This document shows positions 15,895-26,118 of a stretch of 64,000 nt of DNA, in pieces (the first letter of the stretch is position 1; each line of letters opens with the position of its first letter). The DNA is taken from sequence record PQ356294.1. One strand, given 5' to 3'. A program made the position numbers and the translations under genes. This stretch comes from Escherichia phage Ec_YwIITB1. The notes under the pieces were generated by a model. The model was not told the origin of the DNA. It saw only the letters and a list, made by a program, of their open reading frames with translations, and did not search any database.

Positions 15895-17324
15895 TTATGG
15901 ATAGGTATAGATGATACCAGTTTCTAAAGCAGTTTTATGAATGATGTATCCATTGCGTGATTCTTGAACATCAACTTCTGGATAGTCTTTCATCATCTTC
16001 TGAAGAGTGTAACGATGCAGGTAGTATTTACTGTCTGGATCTTCAGTTTTCCAATCTTTACCTTCTTCGGTCATTTTTTGGATTTCATCCATAACCCACC
16101 AGCCGCACCAGATATAAGCCGAAGTACGATGTGGAAGAGGATGAACATAAGGCAATTCACCTTCTGGTTCCGGAGCAACTTTATCAGTTACCTGAACTTG
16201 GCCTGTTGCTTTAACTGTTTTACTATCATAGTCGGTTGCTGTAACGACAGCAGTAACTTCAATAGTTTGACTTCCAATAGATGAGGTGTCAACGGTGTAT
16301 ACATTAGTTGACCCTTCTACAGGAGAAGAATCTTTCTTCCATGAATAAGTAATTTGAGCTGCTTCAGGTGCTCCGTGACATTAGCCGTAAATGTAGCCGA
16401 AGCATCTTGCTGAACGTTAATAGAAGGAGGAGTCAATGTAACCTGTGGATTCATTGTCTTCTTATTAACTGTCAATGATACTTCATTAGAAGTAACTTCC
16501 TTTGCATCATAATTTTCAGCCGTTACTTGGGCTACACACTTAACTGTTTTAGCTCCAACTGTGGTAGGAGTATAGTTAAATGTAGTAGTAGTTTCTCCAT
16601 CGACCAGAGAACCGTCAACATACCACTGATACGTAGCAGACGCTCCTGGTGGCTGTGAAGCCAAGGTAGCAGTAAATTGAACTGGGGTTCCAATAACTCC
16701 TGCTGGAGGATTAGCAGGAGTTACGGCTAACGTAGTTGTCTGTGTTTTCTTATTAACAGTCAGTGACACTTCATTAGAAGTAACTTCCTTTGCATCATAA
16801 TCTGTCGCGGTTACTTGAGCTACACACTTAATTGTTTTAACTCCGCTTGCGTCAGGAGTGTAATTGAATGTAGTGCCAGTTGCTTCGCCCACAGGAGAAC
16901 CGTCAACGTGCCATTGATACGTAGCGTTTGCACTTGGTGGCTGTGAAGCTAAGGCAGCGGTAAATTCAATTGGAGTTCCAATCACTCCAGCATCAGGGCT
17001 ACCAGGAGTTACAGCTAAAATAGTTGTTTGTGTCTTATTTTGAACCGTGATAGTTGTCGTAGTTTCTGCTGTTTCAGGTTCAGGTTCAGATTCAGATTCT
17101 GGAACTGTATTTGTTGCAACGACTTTAATAGTCTTTTGACCTGCAGGTCCTTTTAATACATAGCCAAAAGTTGCCGCTTCTCCATCTTGCGGAACATTAT
17201 CTACACTCCAAGCATAGGTAATAGTTCCATCTCCAGTTTCACCACTGGGTGTAGCAGTAAACTGCTTGGTTTCATCAATAACTCCTGTTGGGGTTTTAGG
17301 AGTTATATCAACTGTAAAAGTCAT
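15895..17324 (-). CDS. hoc: Hoc outer capsid protein with extra tandem Ig-like domain; frameshifted near 16371-16375
   Basis: 335-aa ORF 16317-17324 (starts MTFTVDITPKT) plus 86-aa ORF 15895-16155 matching the Hoc C-terminus (ends GIIYTYP); alternate frame between them reads the expected Hoc sequence. Confidence 0.85.
16464..17039 (-). repeat. tandem in-frame duplication (~288 bp unit) encoding two Ig-like domains within hoc
   Basis: Two consecutive ~96-aa blocks (ILAVTPGSPDAGVIGTPIEFTA... and TLAVTPANPPAGVIGTPVQFTA...) with matching DNA repeat; boundaries approximate. Confidence 0.7.
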
Positions 17325-17333
17325 AAGTTATCC

Positions 17334-18014
17334 TTATTTTAATGTTACGAAAGAAGAATTACGTGTTTCACGAATTAGAACTGATCCGTCGCGATTAATG
17401 TAATAAATTAAGCTAAATAAAGTTTGATGCGCAGACGCATGCTCAAAACTGGTTGGGCGAGATTTCCAATCTGGAGTTTCAGCAATCCATTGGTAAATCC
17501 ACCAAGGAACAGTGCAGAATCCTGGATTTTTTCCAATCAGCTGAAGATTCGGGCTAAAGTTTTCCGGAAGAGTAAATACAGACGGCTTTTCAGATTCAAT
17601 AATCTCAGCTACAGCCTGCTCGAATTTTTCTTCAACAAAAGGAGTATCTTCAATCAAAACATCGGTATTTTCAGGAATTTTATCCATTTCTACTACTTCA
17701 ATTTTAATGTCAGATTTAACCGGAGAATCAATCAGAAGTGCTGCCTCTGGATTGACTTCTTCATCGTCATATTTTAATCCGTCTGCGGCATCAGCAGCAT
17801 CAATTAAGTCTTTAATAGATAACCCATCAGTCTCTGGCATAGGTTCACTAGCGAGCTTCTGGAGGGCTTCTTCAATATCAACAACGATATTATCAAAAGA
17901 TTTATTCTTTTTGACTTTTATACCAAACTGTTCAGCATATTCAGCTAATTTAGCTTTAGCTTCTTTATTATCATCAAGAGCCTTCAGCTCTGCAATATAA
18001 TCTTTATCTATCAT
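17334..18014 (-). CDS. inh: Inh, inhibitor of prohead protease
   Basis: 226-aa ORF; T4 homolog. Confidence 0.85.
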   Translation of the reverse strand: MIDKDYIAELKALDDNKEAKAKLAEYAEQFGIKVKKNKSFDNIVVDIEEALQKLASEPMPETDGLSIKDLIDAADAADGLKYDDEEVNPEAALLIDSPVKSDIKIEVVEMDKIPENTDVLIEDTPFVEEKFEQAVAEIIESEKPSVFTLPENFSPNLQLIGKNPGFCTVPWWIYQWIAETPDWKSRPTSFEHASAHQTLFSLIYYINRDGSVLIRETRNSSFVTLK

Positions 18015-18027
18015 AATATTTCCTCAG

Positions 18028-18035
18028 TATAAATA
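18028..18035 (+). promoter_or_regulatory. late promoter for uvsW
   Basis: TATAAATA 30 nt before ATG 18065. Confidence 0.6.
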
Positions 18036-18064
18036 TAGATATATTTATTACATGGTATTTAGAC

Positions 18065-19576
18065 ATGACTGACATTAAAGTACATTTTTATGATTTTAGT
18101 CACGTGAGAATTGATTGTGAAGAAAGTACATTTCATGAACTCCGTGATTTCTTTAGCTTTGAAGCCGATGGGTATCGTTTTAATCCAAAGTACAGATATG
18201 GTAACTGGGATGGACGAATCCGTCTTTTAGATTATAATCGTCTTCTTCCATTCGGCTTAGTCGGGCAAATTAAAAAGTTCTGTGATAACTTTGGCTATAA
18301 AGCCTGGATTGACCCACAGATTAACGAAAAAGAAGAATTATCAAGAAAAGATTTTGATGAATGGCTTTCTAAATTAGAAATCTATTCAGGAAATAAAAGA
18401 ATTGAACCGCATTGGTATCAAAAAGATGCAGTGTTCGAAGGATTAGTTAATCGTCGTAGAATTCTTAATCTTCCAACATCCGCAGGTAAATCTTTAATTC
18501 AAGCTTTGCTTGCTCGATATTATTTGGAAAATTATGAAGGCAAAATTCTTATCATTGTTCCAACAACTGCTCTGACAACTCAGATGGCTGATGACTTTGT
18601 TGACTATCGTTTATTCAGTCATGCAATGATAAAGAAAATCGGCGGTGGAGCATCAAAAGATGATAAATATAAAAATGATGCACCAGTCGTTGTTGGTACA
18701 TGGCAAACTGTAGTAAAACAACCGAAAGAATGGTTCTCACAGTTTGGAATGATGATGAATGACGAATGCCATCTTGCTACAGGAAAAAGTATTTCATCTA
18801 TCATATCAGGTTTAAATAACTGTATGTTTAAATTTGGTTTATCTGGTTCATTGCGCGATGGCAAAGCCAATATCATGCAGTATGTTGGAATGTTTGGTGA
18901 AATATTTAAGCCAGTAACGACCTCTAAATTAATGGAAGATGGACAAGTAACTGAGTTAAAAATTAATAGTATTTTTCTTCGCTATCCCGATGAGTTCACT
19001 ACTAAATTAAAGGGAAAAACTTACCAAGAAGAAATAAAAATTATTACTGGACTCAGTAAAAGAAATAAATGGATCGCTAAATTAGCTATTAAGCTTGCAC
19101 AAAAAGATGAAAACGCTTTTGTCATGTTTAAACACGTATCACATGGTAAAGCTATTTTCGATTTAATTAAAAATGAATACGATAAAGTTTATTACGTATC
19201 AGGGGAAGTTGATACCGAAACCCGCAATGTAATGAAAACCTTAGCTGAAAACGGTAAAGGAATAATTATAGTAGCTAGTTATGGTGTATTTTCTACCGGT
19301 ATTTCAGTTAAAAATCTGCATCACGTTGTTTTAGCACACGGTGTTAAATCTAAAATTATTGTATTACAAACAATCGGTCGTGTATTACGTAAGCATGGTT
19401 CCAAAACAATCGCAACAGTCTGGGACCTCATAGATGATTGTGGTGTTAAACCAAAATCTGCTAATACGAAAAAGAAATACGTTCATTTGAACTATCTTTT
19501 AAAACACGGCATTGATCGTATTCAGCGCTACGCAGATGAAAAATTTAATTACGTAATGAAAACAGTTAATTTATAA
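18065..19576 (+). CDS. uvsW: UvsW helicase
   Basis: 503-aa ORF; T4 homolog; late promoter upstream. Confidence 0.95.
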   Translation: MTDIKVHFYDFSHVRIDCEESTFHELRDFFSFEADGYRFNPKYRYGNWDGRIRLLDYNRLLPFGLVGQIKKFCDNFGYKAWIDPQINEKEELSRKDFDEWLSKLEIYSGNKRIEPHWYQKDAVFEGLVNRRRILNLPTSAGKSLIQALLARYYLENYEGKILIIVPTTALTTQMADDFVDYRLFSHAMIKKIGGGASKDDKYKNDAPVVVGTWQTVVKQPKEWFSQFGMMMNDECHLATGKSISSIISGLNNCMFKFGLSGSLRDGKANIMQYVGMFGEIFKPVTTSKLMEDGQVTELKINSIFLRYPDEFTTKLKGKTYQEEIKIITGLSKRNKWIAKLAIKLAQKDENAFVMFKHVSHGKAIFDLIKNEYDKVYYVSGEVDTETRNVMKTLAENGKGIIIVASYGVFSTGISVKNLHHVVLAHGVKSKIIVLQTIGRVLRKHGSKTIATVWDLIDDCGVKPKSANTKKKYVHLNYLLKHGIDRIQRYADEKFNYVMKTVNL

Positions 19577-19588
19577 GGGCTTCGGCCC
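19577..19588 (+). terminator. hairpin between uvsW and uvsW.1
   Basis: GGGCTTCGGCCC. Confidence 0.4.
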
Positions 19589-19601
19589 TTTGGAGAAAAA
19601 G

Positions 19602-19832
19602 ATGTTACTAGAATTTAAACAATTTCTTTATGAAGCTTCTATTGATGAATTTATGGGTAAAATTGCCTCTTGTCAAACAATAGAAGGTTTAGAAGAACTT
19701 GAAGCTTATTACAAGAAAAGAGTTAAAGAAACTGAATTAAAAGATACTGATGACATCTCAGTCAGAGATGCTTTGGCAGGAAAAAGAGCTGAATTAGAAG
19801 ATTCAGACGATGAAGTAGAAGAAAGCTTTTAA
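19602..19832 (+). CDS. uvsW.1: UvsW.1
   Basis: ORF open from TTG 19590; ATG 19602 with GGAG upstream after hairpin. Confidence 0.8.
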   Translation: MLLEFKQFLYEASIDEFMGKIASCQTIEGLEELEAYYKKRVKETELKDTDDISVRDALAGKRAELEDSDDEVEESF

Positions 19833-19834
19833 AT

Positions 19835-19864
19835 TAAAAAAGGCCCAACCAAAAAGGAAGGGCC
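19835..19864 (-). terminator. hairpin followed by T-run on reverse strand, downstream of the uvsY operon
   Basis: GGCCC / GGGCC stem with 13-nt loop, TTTTTT on reverse strand. Confidence 0.4.
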
Positions 19865-19887
19865 AAAACTATAGACTAAAGGTCACA

Positions 19888-20055
19888 CTATAGCAAAAGT
19901 TGTGTTTCATTTAATTGTTCTTCCGAACTTTCTGAAACTGGTAGTTCTTTAATGTAATTATAACAAGGCCCAGGATGTACAGGACCTTTGTCTGTTTCAA
20001 CAACCAATGCAGAATCGATTGGAGTTTTACAGACAACACAAATCTTATCTGACAT
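19888..20055 (-). CDS. small Cys-containing protein (uvsY.-2 position)
   Basis: ORF open from GTG 20118; ATG 20055 with AAGGAGA upstream and late promoter 26 nt upstream. Confidence 0.65.
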   Translation of the reverse strand: MSDKICVVCKTPIDSALVVETDKGPVHPGPCYNYIKELPVSESSEEQLNETQLLL

Positions 20056-20080
20056 GATTGTCTCCTTTTGAATATAGTAA

Positions 20081-20088
20081 TATTTATA
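20081..20088 (-). promoter_or_regulatory. late promoter (reverse strand) upstream of uvsY.-2-like ORF
   Basis: TATAAATA on reverse strand 26 nt before ATG 20055. Confidence 0.5.
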
Positions 20089-20159
20089 AACCCATTTTAA
20101 TCCGCATTTCTTGCACACGGATTAAGCAAGCTTCCATCTCTGCTAAATTATATATCTAT

Positions 20160-20384
20160 TTATATAACTCTCATATGCATATCAATGCCCATATCTTTAG
20201 AATAAAAATATTCATCAAGATATCCGGCAAATTTTCCTTTAACATAAAGTACATCTTCACCACATGGATGGTCGGCCAGGATACGAATATCCTGACGCTT
20301 GAGATTATACTTTTTCATTAAGAATTGAATTTCCGTTTCGAATTCTTCTTCATAATTAAAAGCATCATCAATGCTATATCTCAT
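20160..20384 (-). CDS. hypothetical protein (uvsY.-1 position)
   Basis: 74-aa ORF overlapping uvsY stop. Confidence 0.7.
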   Translation of the reverse strand: MRYSIDDAFNYEEEFETEIQFLMKKYNLKRQDIRILADHPCGEDVLYVKGKFAGYLDEYFYSKDMGIDMHMRVI

Positions 20385-20797
20385 TATTTTCCAGCCTCAA
20401 ATGCTCGCATGTCTTGAATATGCTTAATAGCAAATCCGCGCGATTTAATAGCATCAAGAGCTCCGCTACAGAAATCCAATAAAATTCCCCAATACTGCAA
20501 TGAAGTATCAACTTTTAAAACATCCTTATCAGCTGATAGAACTGTCTTCATTTCTGATTTCTCATAGCGGTCCATACTAAATTCATCACCATCTCCTCGT
20601 CCCGAGTAGTAGTCTAATCTAGCTTTAAGAGCAACTTTTTTCTGTGCGTCAATTCTAAGCATTTCCTTTTTAATACTTGAATGCTTATTGAGCCATTTAC
20701 TATATAACATCACATTATTAGCTGCTTCATACTGTAATTTAGTCGAATCTATAAACACATCTTTCTTCAATTCTTCTTGAAGATCTTCTAATCTCAT
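20384..20797 (-). CDS. uvsY: UvsY recombination mediator
   Basis: 137-aa ORF; T4 homolog; MotA-type middle promoter upstream. Confidence 0.95.
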   Translation of the reverse strand: MRLEDLQEELKKDVFIDSTKLQYEAANNVMLYSKWLNKHSSIKKEMLRIDAQKKVALKARLDYYSGRGDGDEFSMDRYEKSEMKTVLSADKDVLKVDTSLQYWGILLDFCSGALDAIKSRGFAIKHIQDMRAFEAGK

Positions 20798-20837
20798 ATT
20801 GCTCTCTATTCAATTGTTATTGGATGGACTTAGATTC

Positions 20838-20866
20838 ATTATACCACGTTTATACGTGAAGCATTA
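20838..20866 (-). promoter_or_regulatory. MotA-dependent middle promoter of uvsY
   Basis: Reverse strand TAATGCTTCA, 12-nt spacer, GTATAAT. Confidence 0.55.
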
Positions 20867-21262
20867 TACTCTGTTACTGGAAGCCAGTTGTAGTTTTATC
20901 TGCTCAATATCATCAGGGTTATCGATGACTGAAAAGCGTATTTCTACTATCAGAGTATAATCATCATAAACCGGTATTACATTAACTGCTAATTTATCAA
21001 TACGTGGCTCGTAGTTTCTTACTGCGCTTTCAATGTTACGCTCAACAGTATCAGCAGTAAGAGGAGTCATATTCTCAAAAAGTTGATCAGATAAATCGCA
21101 TCCAAATTCTGGGTCAAATGGCCTTGACCCTTTCCTGGTTGTAATAATTCCTAAAAGGCTATTTTTAATTGACCTTAATCCAAGAGATCTTGAAACATCT
21201 TTGTCCCAATCCATTTTCATTTCTGGGTCAATGTCAGAATAAAGCTTATTAATATTTGCCAT
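20864..21262 (-). CDS. 25: baseplate wedge protein gp25
   Basis: 132-aa ORF; T4 homolog. Confidence 0.9.
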   Translation of the reverse strand: MANINKLYSDIDPEMKMDWDKDVSRSLGLRSIKNSLLGIITTRKGSRPFDPEFGCDLSDQLFENMTPLTADTVERNIESAVRNYEPRIDKLAVNVIPVYDDYTLIVEIRFSVIDNPDDIEQIKLQLASSNRV

Positions 21263-21888
21263 TACAATAGCTCAAAGAATTCTTTGAGTCCTCTTATTAC
21301 ATGAGCGTGAGTTTTTCCACACTCTGGACACTTAATTGGAACAGCCAAATAAACAGTAGGCTTTAAAAGCATATCTTTTATAGCTACAATATCTGACTCT
21401 GTGATGATAGAGTATAAATCTTCCAGTTCTTTTTCATTTAAATCTTCAACTGGAATGCTTTCACCGTTAGCATGAATCGTTTCTATGCATGATACTATCA
21501 TGTGGGCTATATTTTTATCATCAAAAATTTTAGGGTAATGGAACTTAATTTTAATGTCACCCAGTGTATACCAGAGGTCTTCTGGTGCATCTATTTGTGT
21601 ATGTAATAGATTTATATGGGTTGGTATTTCAGCTCCGCAGGTGCACTTCCAGGAATTTTCATGATTAACTTCTCCAAGAGAATGTGCCCATAAATGAATC
21701 AGCAGTAGTTCTGATTCTTGACGGTTTAAATCTTTTGCATTTGTGCATTCTTTGATTAGCTTTTTAACGATCTCTTCTACTGAACCGTTCTTTTTAGCAG
21801 TAATAAGTTCTAGATATTCTTTAAGAGTAAATGCGCGGCAGTTGATTATTTTAGAACCAACTCTCACGTCAAATTTGTATTCATACAT
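21262..21888 (-). CDS. 26: baseplate hub protein gp26
   Basis: 208-aa ORF; divergent from gene 51. Confidence 0.9.
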   Translation of the reverse strand: MYEYKFDVRVGSKIINCRAFTLKEYLELITAKKNGSVEEIVKKLIKECTNAKDLNRQESELLLIHLWAHSLGEVNHENSWKCTCGAEIPTHINLLHTQIDAPEDLWYTLGDIKIKFHYPKIFDDKNIAHMIVSCIETIHANGESIPVEDLNEKELEDLYSIITESDIVAIKDMLLKPTVYLAVPIKCPECGKTHAHVIRGLKEFFELL

Positions 21889-21909
21889 ATTTAGCTCCTT
21901 TATTTATCA

Positions 21910-21917
21910 TATTTATA
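21910..21917 (-). promoter_or_regulatory. late promoter for gene 26
   Basis: TATAAATA on reverse strand. Confidence 0.55.
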
Positions 21918-21921
21918 AATA
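21914..21921 (+). promoter_or_regulatory. late promoter for gene 51
   Basis: TATAAATA; overlaps the divergent gene 26 promoter. Confidence 0.55.
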
Positions 21922-21938
21922 GAATAAAAGGAGCATCT

Positions 21939-22688
21939 ATGGCAAACATTATTCGTTGTAAATTACCAGATGGTGTTCATCGTTTTAAACCATTTACGGT
22001 AGAAGATTATCGAGATTTTTTGTTAGTTCGAAACGATATAGAACATCGGTCACCACAAGAACAAAAAGAAATAATTGCTGATTTAATTGCTGATTATTTT
22101 GGAGACTATCCGAAGACTTGGCAACCATTTATATTTTTGCAGGTATTTGTAGGGTCAATAGGTAAAACTAAAGTACCGGTCACATTTGTATGTCCAAAAT
22201 GCAAAAAAGAAAAGACAGTTCCATTTGAAATATATCAAAAAGAATTAAAGGAACCTGTTTTTGATGTAGCTAATGTTAAAATTAAATTAAAGTTTCCTTC
22301 TGAGTTTTATGAAAATAAAGCAAAGATGATTACTGAAAATATTCATTCCGTTCAAGTAGATGAAATGTGGTATGATTGGAAGGAAATTAGCGAATCGAGT
22401 CAAATAGAACTTGTTGATGCCATCGAGATAGAAACATTAGAAAAAATTCTCGATGCAATGAATCCTATTAATTTAACGTTGCATATGTCATGTTGTAATA
22501 AGTATGTAAAAAAATACACTGATATAGTAGATGTGTTTAAGCTATTAGTTAATCCAGATGAGATATTTACTTTTTATCAAATCAATCACACGCTCGTAAA
22601 AAGTAATTATAGTTTAAATTCAATAATGAAAATGATTCCTGCTGAGCGCGGATTCGTATTAAAACTGATTGAGAAGGATAAACAATAA
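21939..22688 (+). CDS. 51: baseplate hub assembly protein gp51
   Basis: 249-aa ORF; T4 homolog. Confidence 0.9.
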   Translation: MANIIRCKLPDGVHRFKPFTVEDYRDFLLVRNDIEHRSPQEQKEIIADLIADYFGDYPKTWQPFIFLQVFVGSIGKTKVPVTFVCPKCKKEKTVPFEIYQKELKEPVFDVANVKIKLKFPSEFYENKAKMITENIHSVQVDEMWYDWKEISESSQIELVDAIEIETLEKILDAMNPINLTLHMSCCNKYVKKYTDIVDVFKLLVNPDEIFTFYQINHTLVKSNYSLNSIMKMIPAERGFVLKLIEKDKQ

Positions 22689-23863
22689 TGAGTATGTTGC
22701 AACGCCCAGGATATCCAAATCTCAGCGTTAAATTATTTGATAGCTACGACGCTTGGAGTAATAATAGATTTGTTGAATTAGCTGCTACTATTACCACATT
22801 AACTATGCGGGATTCTCTTTATGGCCGAAATGAAGGAATGCTGCAGTTTTATGATTCTAAAAATATCCATACAAAAATGGATGGGAACGAAATAATTCAG
22901 ATTTCTGTGGCTAATGCAAACGATATTAATAATGTTAAAACAAGAATTTATGGATGTAAGCATTTTTCAGTGTCAGTAGATTCAAAGGGTGATAACATCA
23001 TTGCTATTGAATTGGGAACTATTCATTCTATAGAAAATCTTAAATTTGGCAGACCGTTTTTCTCTGATGCAGGTGAATCTATAAAGGAAATGCTTGGCGT
23101 CATTTATCAGGATCGCACGTTATTAACTCCAGCAATAAATGCTATAAATGCTTATGTTCCTGATATTCCATGGACTAGCACATTTGAAAACTATTTGTCG
23201 TATGTCAGGGAAGTTGCTCTAGCTGTAGGAAGTGACAAATTTGTATTTGTGTGGCAAGACATCATGGGAGTTAACATGATGGACTATGATATGATGATAA
23301 ATCAAGAACCGTATCCAATGATTGTCGGTGAGCCATCTTTAATAGGTCAATTCATCCAAGAATTAAAATATCCATTAGCATATGATTTCGTTTGGTTGAC
23401 TAAATCGAATCCTCATAAACGTGACCCAATGAAAAACGCTACTATCTATGCGCATTCATTTTTAGATTCTTCAATACCAATGATTACTACAGGAAAGGGC
23501 GAAAACTCTATTGTAGTGTCAAGGTCAGGTGCTTATTCTGAAATGACTTATAGGAATGGCTATGAAGAAGCTATTCGTCTTCAAACTATGGCGCAATATG
23601 ACGGCTATGCTAAATGTTCTACTGTCGGTAATTTTAACTTGACTCCTGGTGTTAAAATTATTTTTAATGATAGTAAAAACCAATTTAAAACAGAATTTTA
23701 CGTTGATGAAGTTATCCATGAATTATCCAATAATAATTCAGTAACTCATCTATATATGTTCACTAATGCAACGAAACTGGAAACAATAGACCCAGTTAAG
23801 GTTAAAAATGAATTTAAATCTGATACTACCACTGAAGAAAGTAGTTCTTCCAATAAGCAATAA
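22688..23863 (+). CDS. 27: baseplate hub protein gp27
   Basis: 391-aa ORF; T4 homolog. Confidence 0.9.
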   Translation: MSMLQRPGYPNLSVKLFDSYDAWSNNRFVELAATITTLTMRDSLYGRNEGMLQFYDSKNIHTKMDGNEIIQISVANANDINNVKTRIYGCKHFSVSVDSKGDNIIAIELGTIHSIENLKFGRPFFSDAGESIKEMLGVIYQDRTLLTPAINAINAYVPDIPWTSTFENYLSYVREVALAVGSDKFVFVWQDIMGVNMMDYDMMINQEPYPMIVGEPSLIGQFIQELKYPLAYDFVWLTKSNPHKRDPMKNATIYAHSFLDSSIPMITTGKGENSIVVSRSGAYSEMTYRNGYEEAIRLQTMAQYDGYAKCSTVGNFNLTPGVKIIFNDSKNQFKTEFYVDEVIHELSNNNSVTHLYMFTNATKLETIDPVKVKNEFKSDTTTEESSSSNKQ

Positions 23864-24341
23864 AGAAGTTTCTATTCCTAAAATGGGTCTTAAACATTAT
23901 AACATTTTAAAAGATGTTAAAGGTCCTGATGAAAATTTAAAACTTCTTATTGATTCTATTTGTCCGAATTTATCACCAGCAGAAGTTGATTTTGTTTCTA
24001 TTCATTTATTGGAATTTAATGGAAAGATTAAATCTCGTAAAGAAATAGATGGTTATACTTATGACATTAATGATGTTTATGTGTGCCAAAGATTAGAATT
24101 TCAATACCAAGGAAATACATTTTATTTTAGACCTCCTGGAAAATTTGAACAATTTTTAACGGTGAGCGATATGTTATCCAAATGCTTGCTTAAGGTCAAT
24201 GATGAAGTTAAAGAAATTAATTTTCTTGAGATGCCAGCATTCGTTTTAAAATGGGCAAATGATATTTTTACAACTTTAGCAATTCCTGGCCCTAATGGTC
24301 CAATAACTGGAATTGGTAATATTATTGGATTATTTGAATGA
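23808..24341 (+). CDS. 28: baseplate hub distal protein gp28
   Basis: 177-aa ORF overlapping end of gene 27. Confidence 0.85.
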   Translation: MNLNLILPLKKVVLPISNKEVSIPKMGLKHYNILKDVKGPDENLKLLIDSICPNLSPAEVDFVSIHLLEFNGKIKSRKEIDGYTYDINDVYVCQRLEFQYQGNTFYFRPPGKFEQFLTVSDMLSKCLLKVNDEVKEINFLEMPAFVLKWANDIFTTLAIPGPNGPITGIGNIIGLFE

Positions 24342-26110
24342 AAAAGCCACAAGAAATGCAAACGATGCGTAGAAAAGTTATTTCAGATAATAAACCAACA
24401 CAGGAAGCGGCTAAATCCGCTTCTAACACTTTATCTGGGCTTAATGACATTTCTACAAAATTGGATGATGCTCAAGCTGCTTCCGAATTAATAGCTCAAA
24501 CCGTTGAAGAAAAATCGAATGAAATAATTGGAGCAATTGACAATGTAGAAAACGCAGTGAGTGATACTACTGCTGGTTCTGAGTTAATTGCTGAAACTGT
24601 AGAAATTGGCAACAATATTAATAAAGAAATTGGTGAATCACTCGGAAGTAAATTAGATAAATTAACGAGTTTACTAGAACAAAAAATTCAAACAGCCGGA
24701 ATTCAACAAACAGGAACTAGTTTAGCTACGGTTGAAAGCGCTATTCCTGTTAAAGTCGTTGAGGATGATACAGCTGAATCTGTTGGTCCTTTATTACCAG
24801 CTCCTGAAGCGGTTAATAATGATCCTGATGCTGATTTTTTCCCTACCCCTCAACCAGTTGAACCTAAACAAGAATCGCCAGAAGAAAAACAGAAAAAAGA
24901 AGCATTTAACTTAAAATTATCTCAAGCTTTAGATAAATTAACAAAGACTGTTGATTTTGGATTTAAGAAATCTATTTCAATTAGTGATAAAATATCAAGC
25001 ATGTTATTTAAGTATACCGTTAGTGCTGCTATTGAAGCTGCTAAAATGACTGCAATGATATTGGCTGTTGTTGTTGGAATAGATCTGTTAATGGTTCACT
25101 TCAAATATTGGTCAGATAAATTTTCACAGGCATGGGATTTGTTTAGTACAAACTTTACCAAATTCTCAAGCGAAACCGGAACTTGGGGTCCTTTATTACA
25201 GAGCATCTTTGAATCTATTGATGAAATTAAAAAGTTCTGGGAAGCTGGAGACTGGGGCGGATTGACAGTAGCTATTGTCGAAGGACTTGGAAAGGTTCTT
25301 TTTAATTTAGGAGAGCTTATTCAACTTGGAATGGCTAAATTATCTGCGGCAATTCTTCGAGTTATTCCTGGTATGAAGGATACTGCTGATGAAGTAGAAG
25401 GAAGAGCGCTAGAAAATTTCCAAAATACTACAAATGCTTCTCTTAGCAAAGAAGACCAGGAAAAAGTTGCGAATTATCAATATAAAAGAATGAATGGAGA
25501 CCTTGGTCCGATAGCAGAAGGGCTAGACAAGATTGCGAACTGGAAAACTCGCGCATCTAACTGGATTCGTGGTGTTGATAATAAAGAAGCACTAACGACT
25601 GATGAAGAACGAGCAGAGGAAGAAGAAAAATTAAAACAACTTTCACCAGAAGAAAGAAAAAATGCTTTAATGAAAGCTAATGAAGCCCGGGCCGCGATGA
25701 TTCGTTTTGAAAAATATGCTGATTCAGCTGATATGAGTAAAGACTCAACGGTTAAATCAGTTGAAGCTGCCTATGAAGACCTTAAAAAACGGATGGATGA
25801 CCCGGATTTAAATAATTCACCGGCAGTTAAAAAAGAACTTGCTGCTAGATTTTCTAAAATTGATGCTACTTATCAAGAGCTCAAGAAAAATCAGCCTAAT
25901 GCCAAACCTCAAACTTCTGCTAAATCGCCAGAAGCAAAACAAGTCCAGGTAATAGAAAAGAACAAAGCACAGCAAGCTCCTGTTCAACAAGCATCTCCTT
26001 CAATCAATAATACTAATAATGTTATTAAGAAAAATACTGTCGTTCATAATATGACACCCGTAACGAGCACGACTGCTCCTGGTGTATTTGATGCGACTGG
26101 AGTTAATTAA
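24338..26110 (+). CDS. 29: tail tape measure / baseplate hub protein gp29
   Basis: 590-aa ORF; T4 homolog. Confidence 0.9.
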   Translation: MKKPQEMQTMRRKVISDNKPTQEAAKSASNTLSGLNDISTKLDDAQAASELIAQTVEEKSNEIIGAIDNVENAVSDTTAGSELIAETVEIGNNINKEIGESLGSKLDKLTSLLEQKIQTAGIQQTGTSLATVESAIPVKVVEDDTAESVGPLLPAPEAVNNDPDADFFPTPQPVEPKQESPEEKQKKEAFNLKLSQALDKLTKTVDFGFKKSISISDKISSMLFKYTVSAAIEAAKMTAMILAVVVGIDLLMVHFKYWSDKFSQAWDLFSTNFTKFSSETGTWGPLLQSIFESIDEIKKFWEAGDWGGLTVAIVEGLGKVLFNLGELIQLGMAKLSAAILRVIPGMKDTADEVEGRALENFQNTTNASLSKEDQEKVANYQYKRMNGDLGPIAEGLDKIANWKTRASNWIRGVDNKEALTTDEERAEEEEKLKQLSPEERKNALMKANEARAAMIRFEKYADSADMSKDSTVKSVEAAYEDLKKRMDDPDLNNSPAVKKELAARFSKIDATYQELKKNQPNAKPQTSAKSPEAKQVQVIEKNKAQQAPVQQASPSINNTNNVIKKNTVVHNMTPVTSTTAPGVFDATGVN

Positions 26111-26118
26111 GGAATAAT

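Noticed and set aside
16464-17039. Tandem repeat considered as a CRISPR array, satellite or mobile-element remnant
   Set aside because: Only two long copies, in frame and protein-coding (Ig-like domains of Hoc); no short spacer-repeat periodicity.
18015-18064. Possible endonuclease gene (segE-like) between inh and uvsW
   Set aside because: The interval is only 50 bp and holds just the uvsW late promoter; no ORF.
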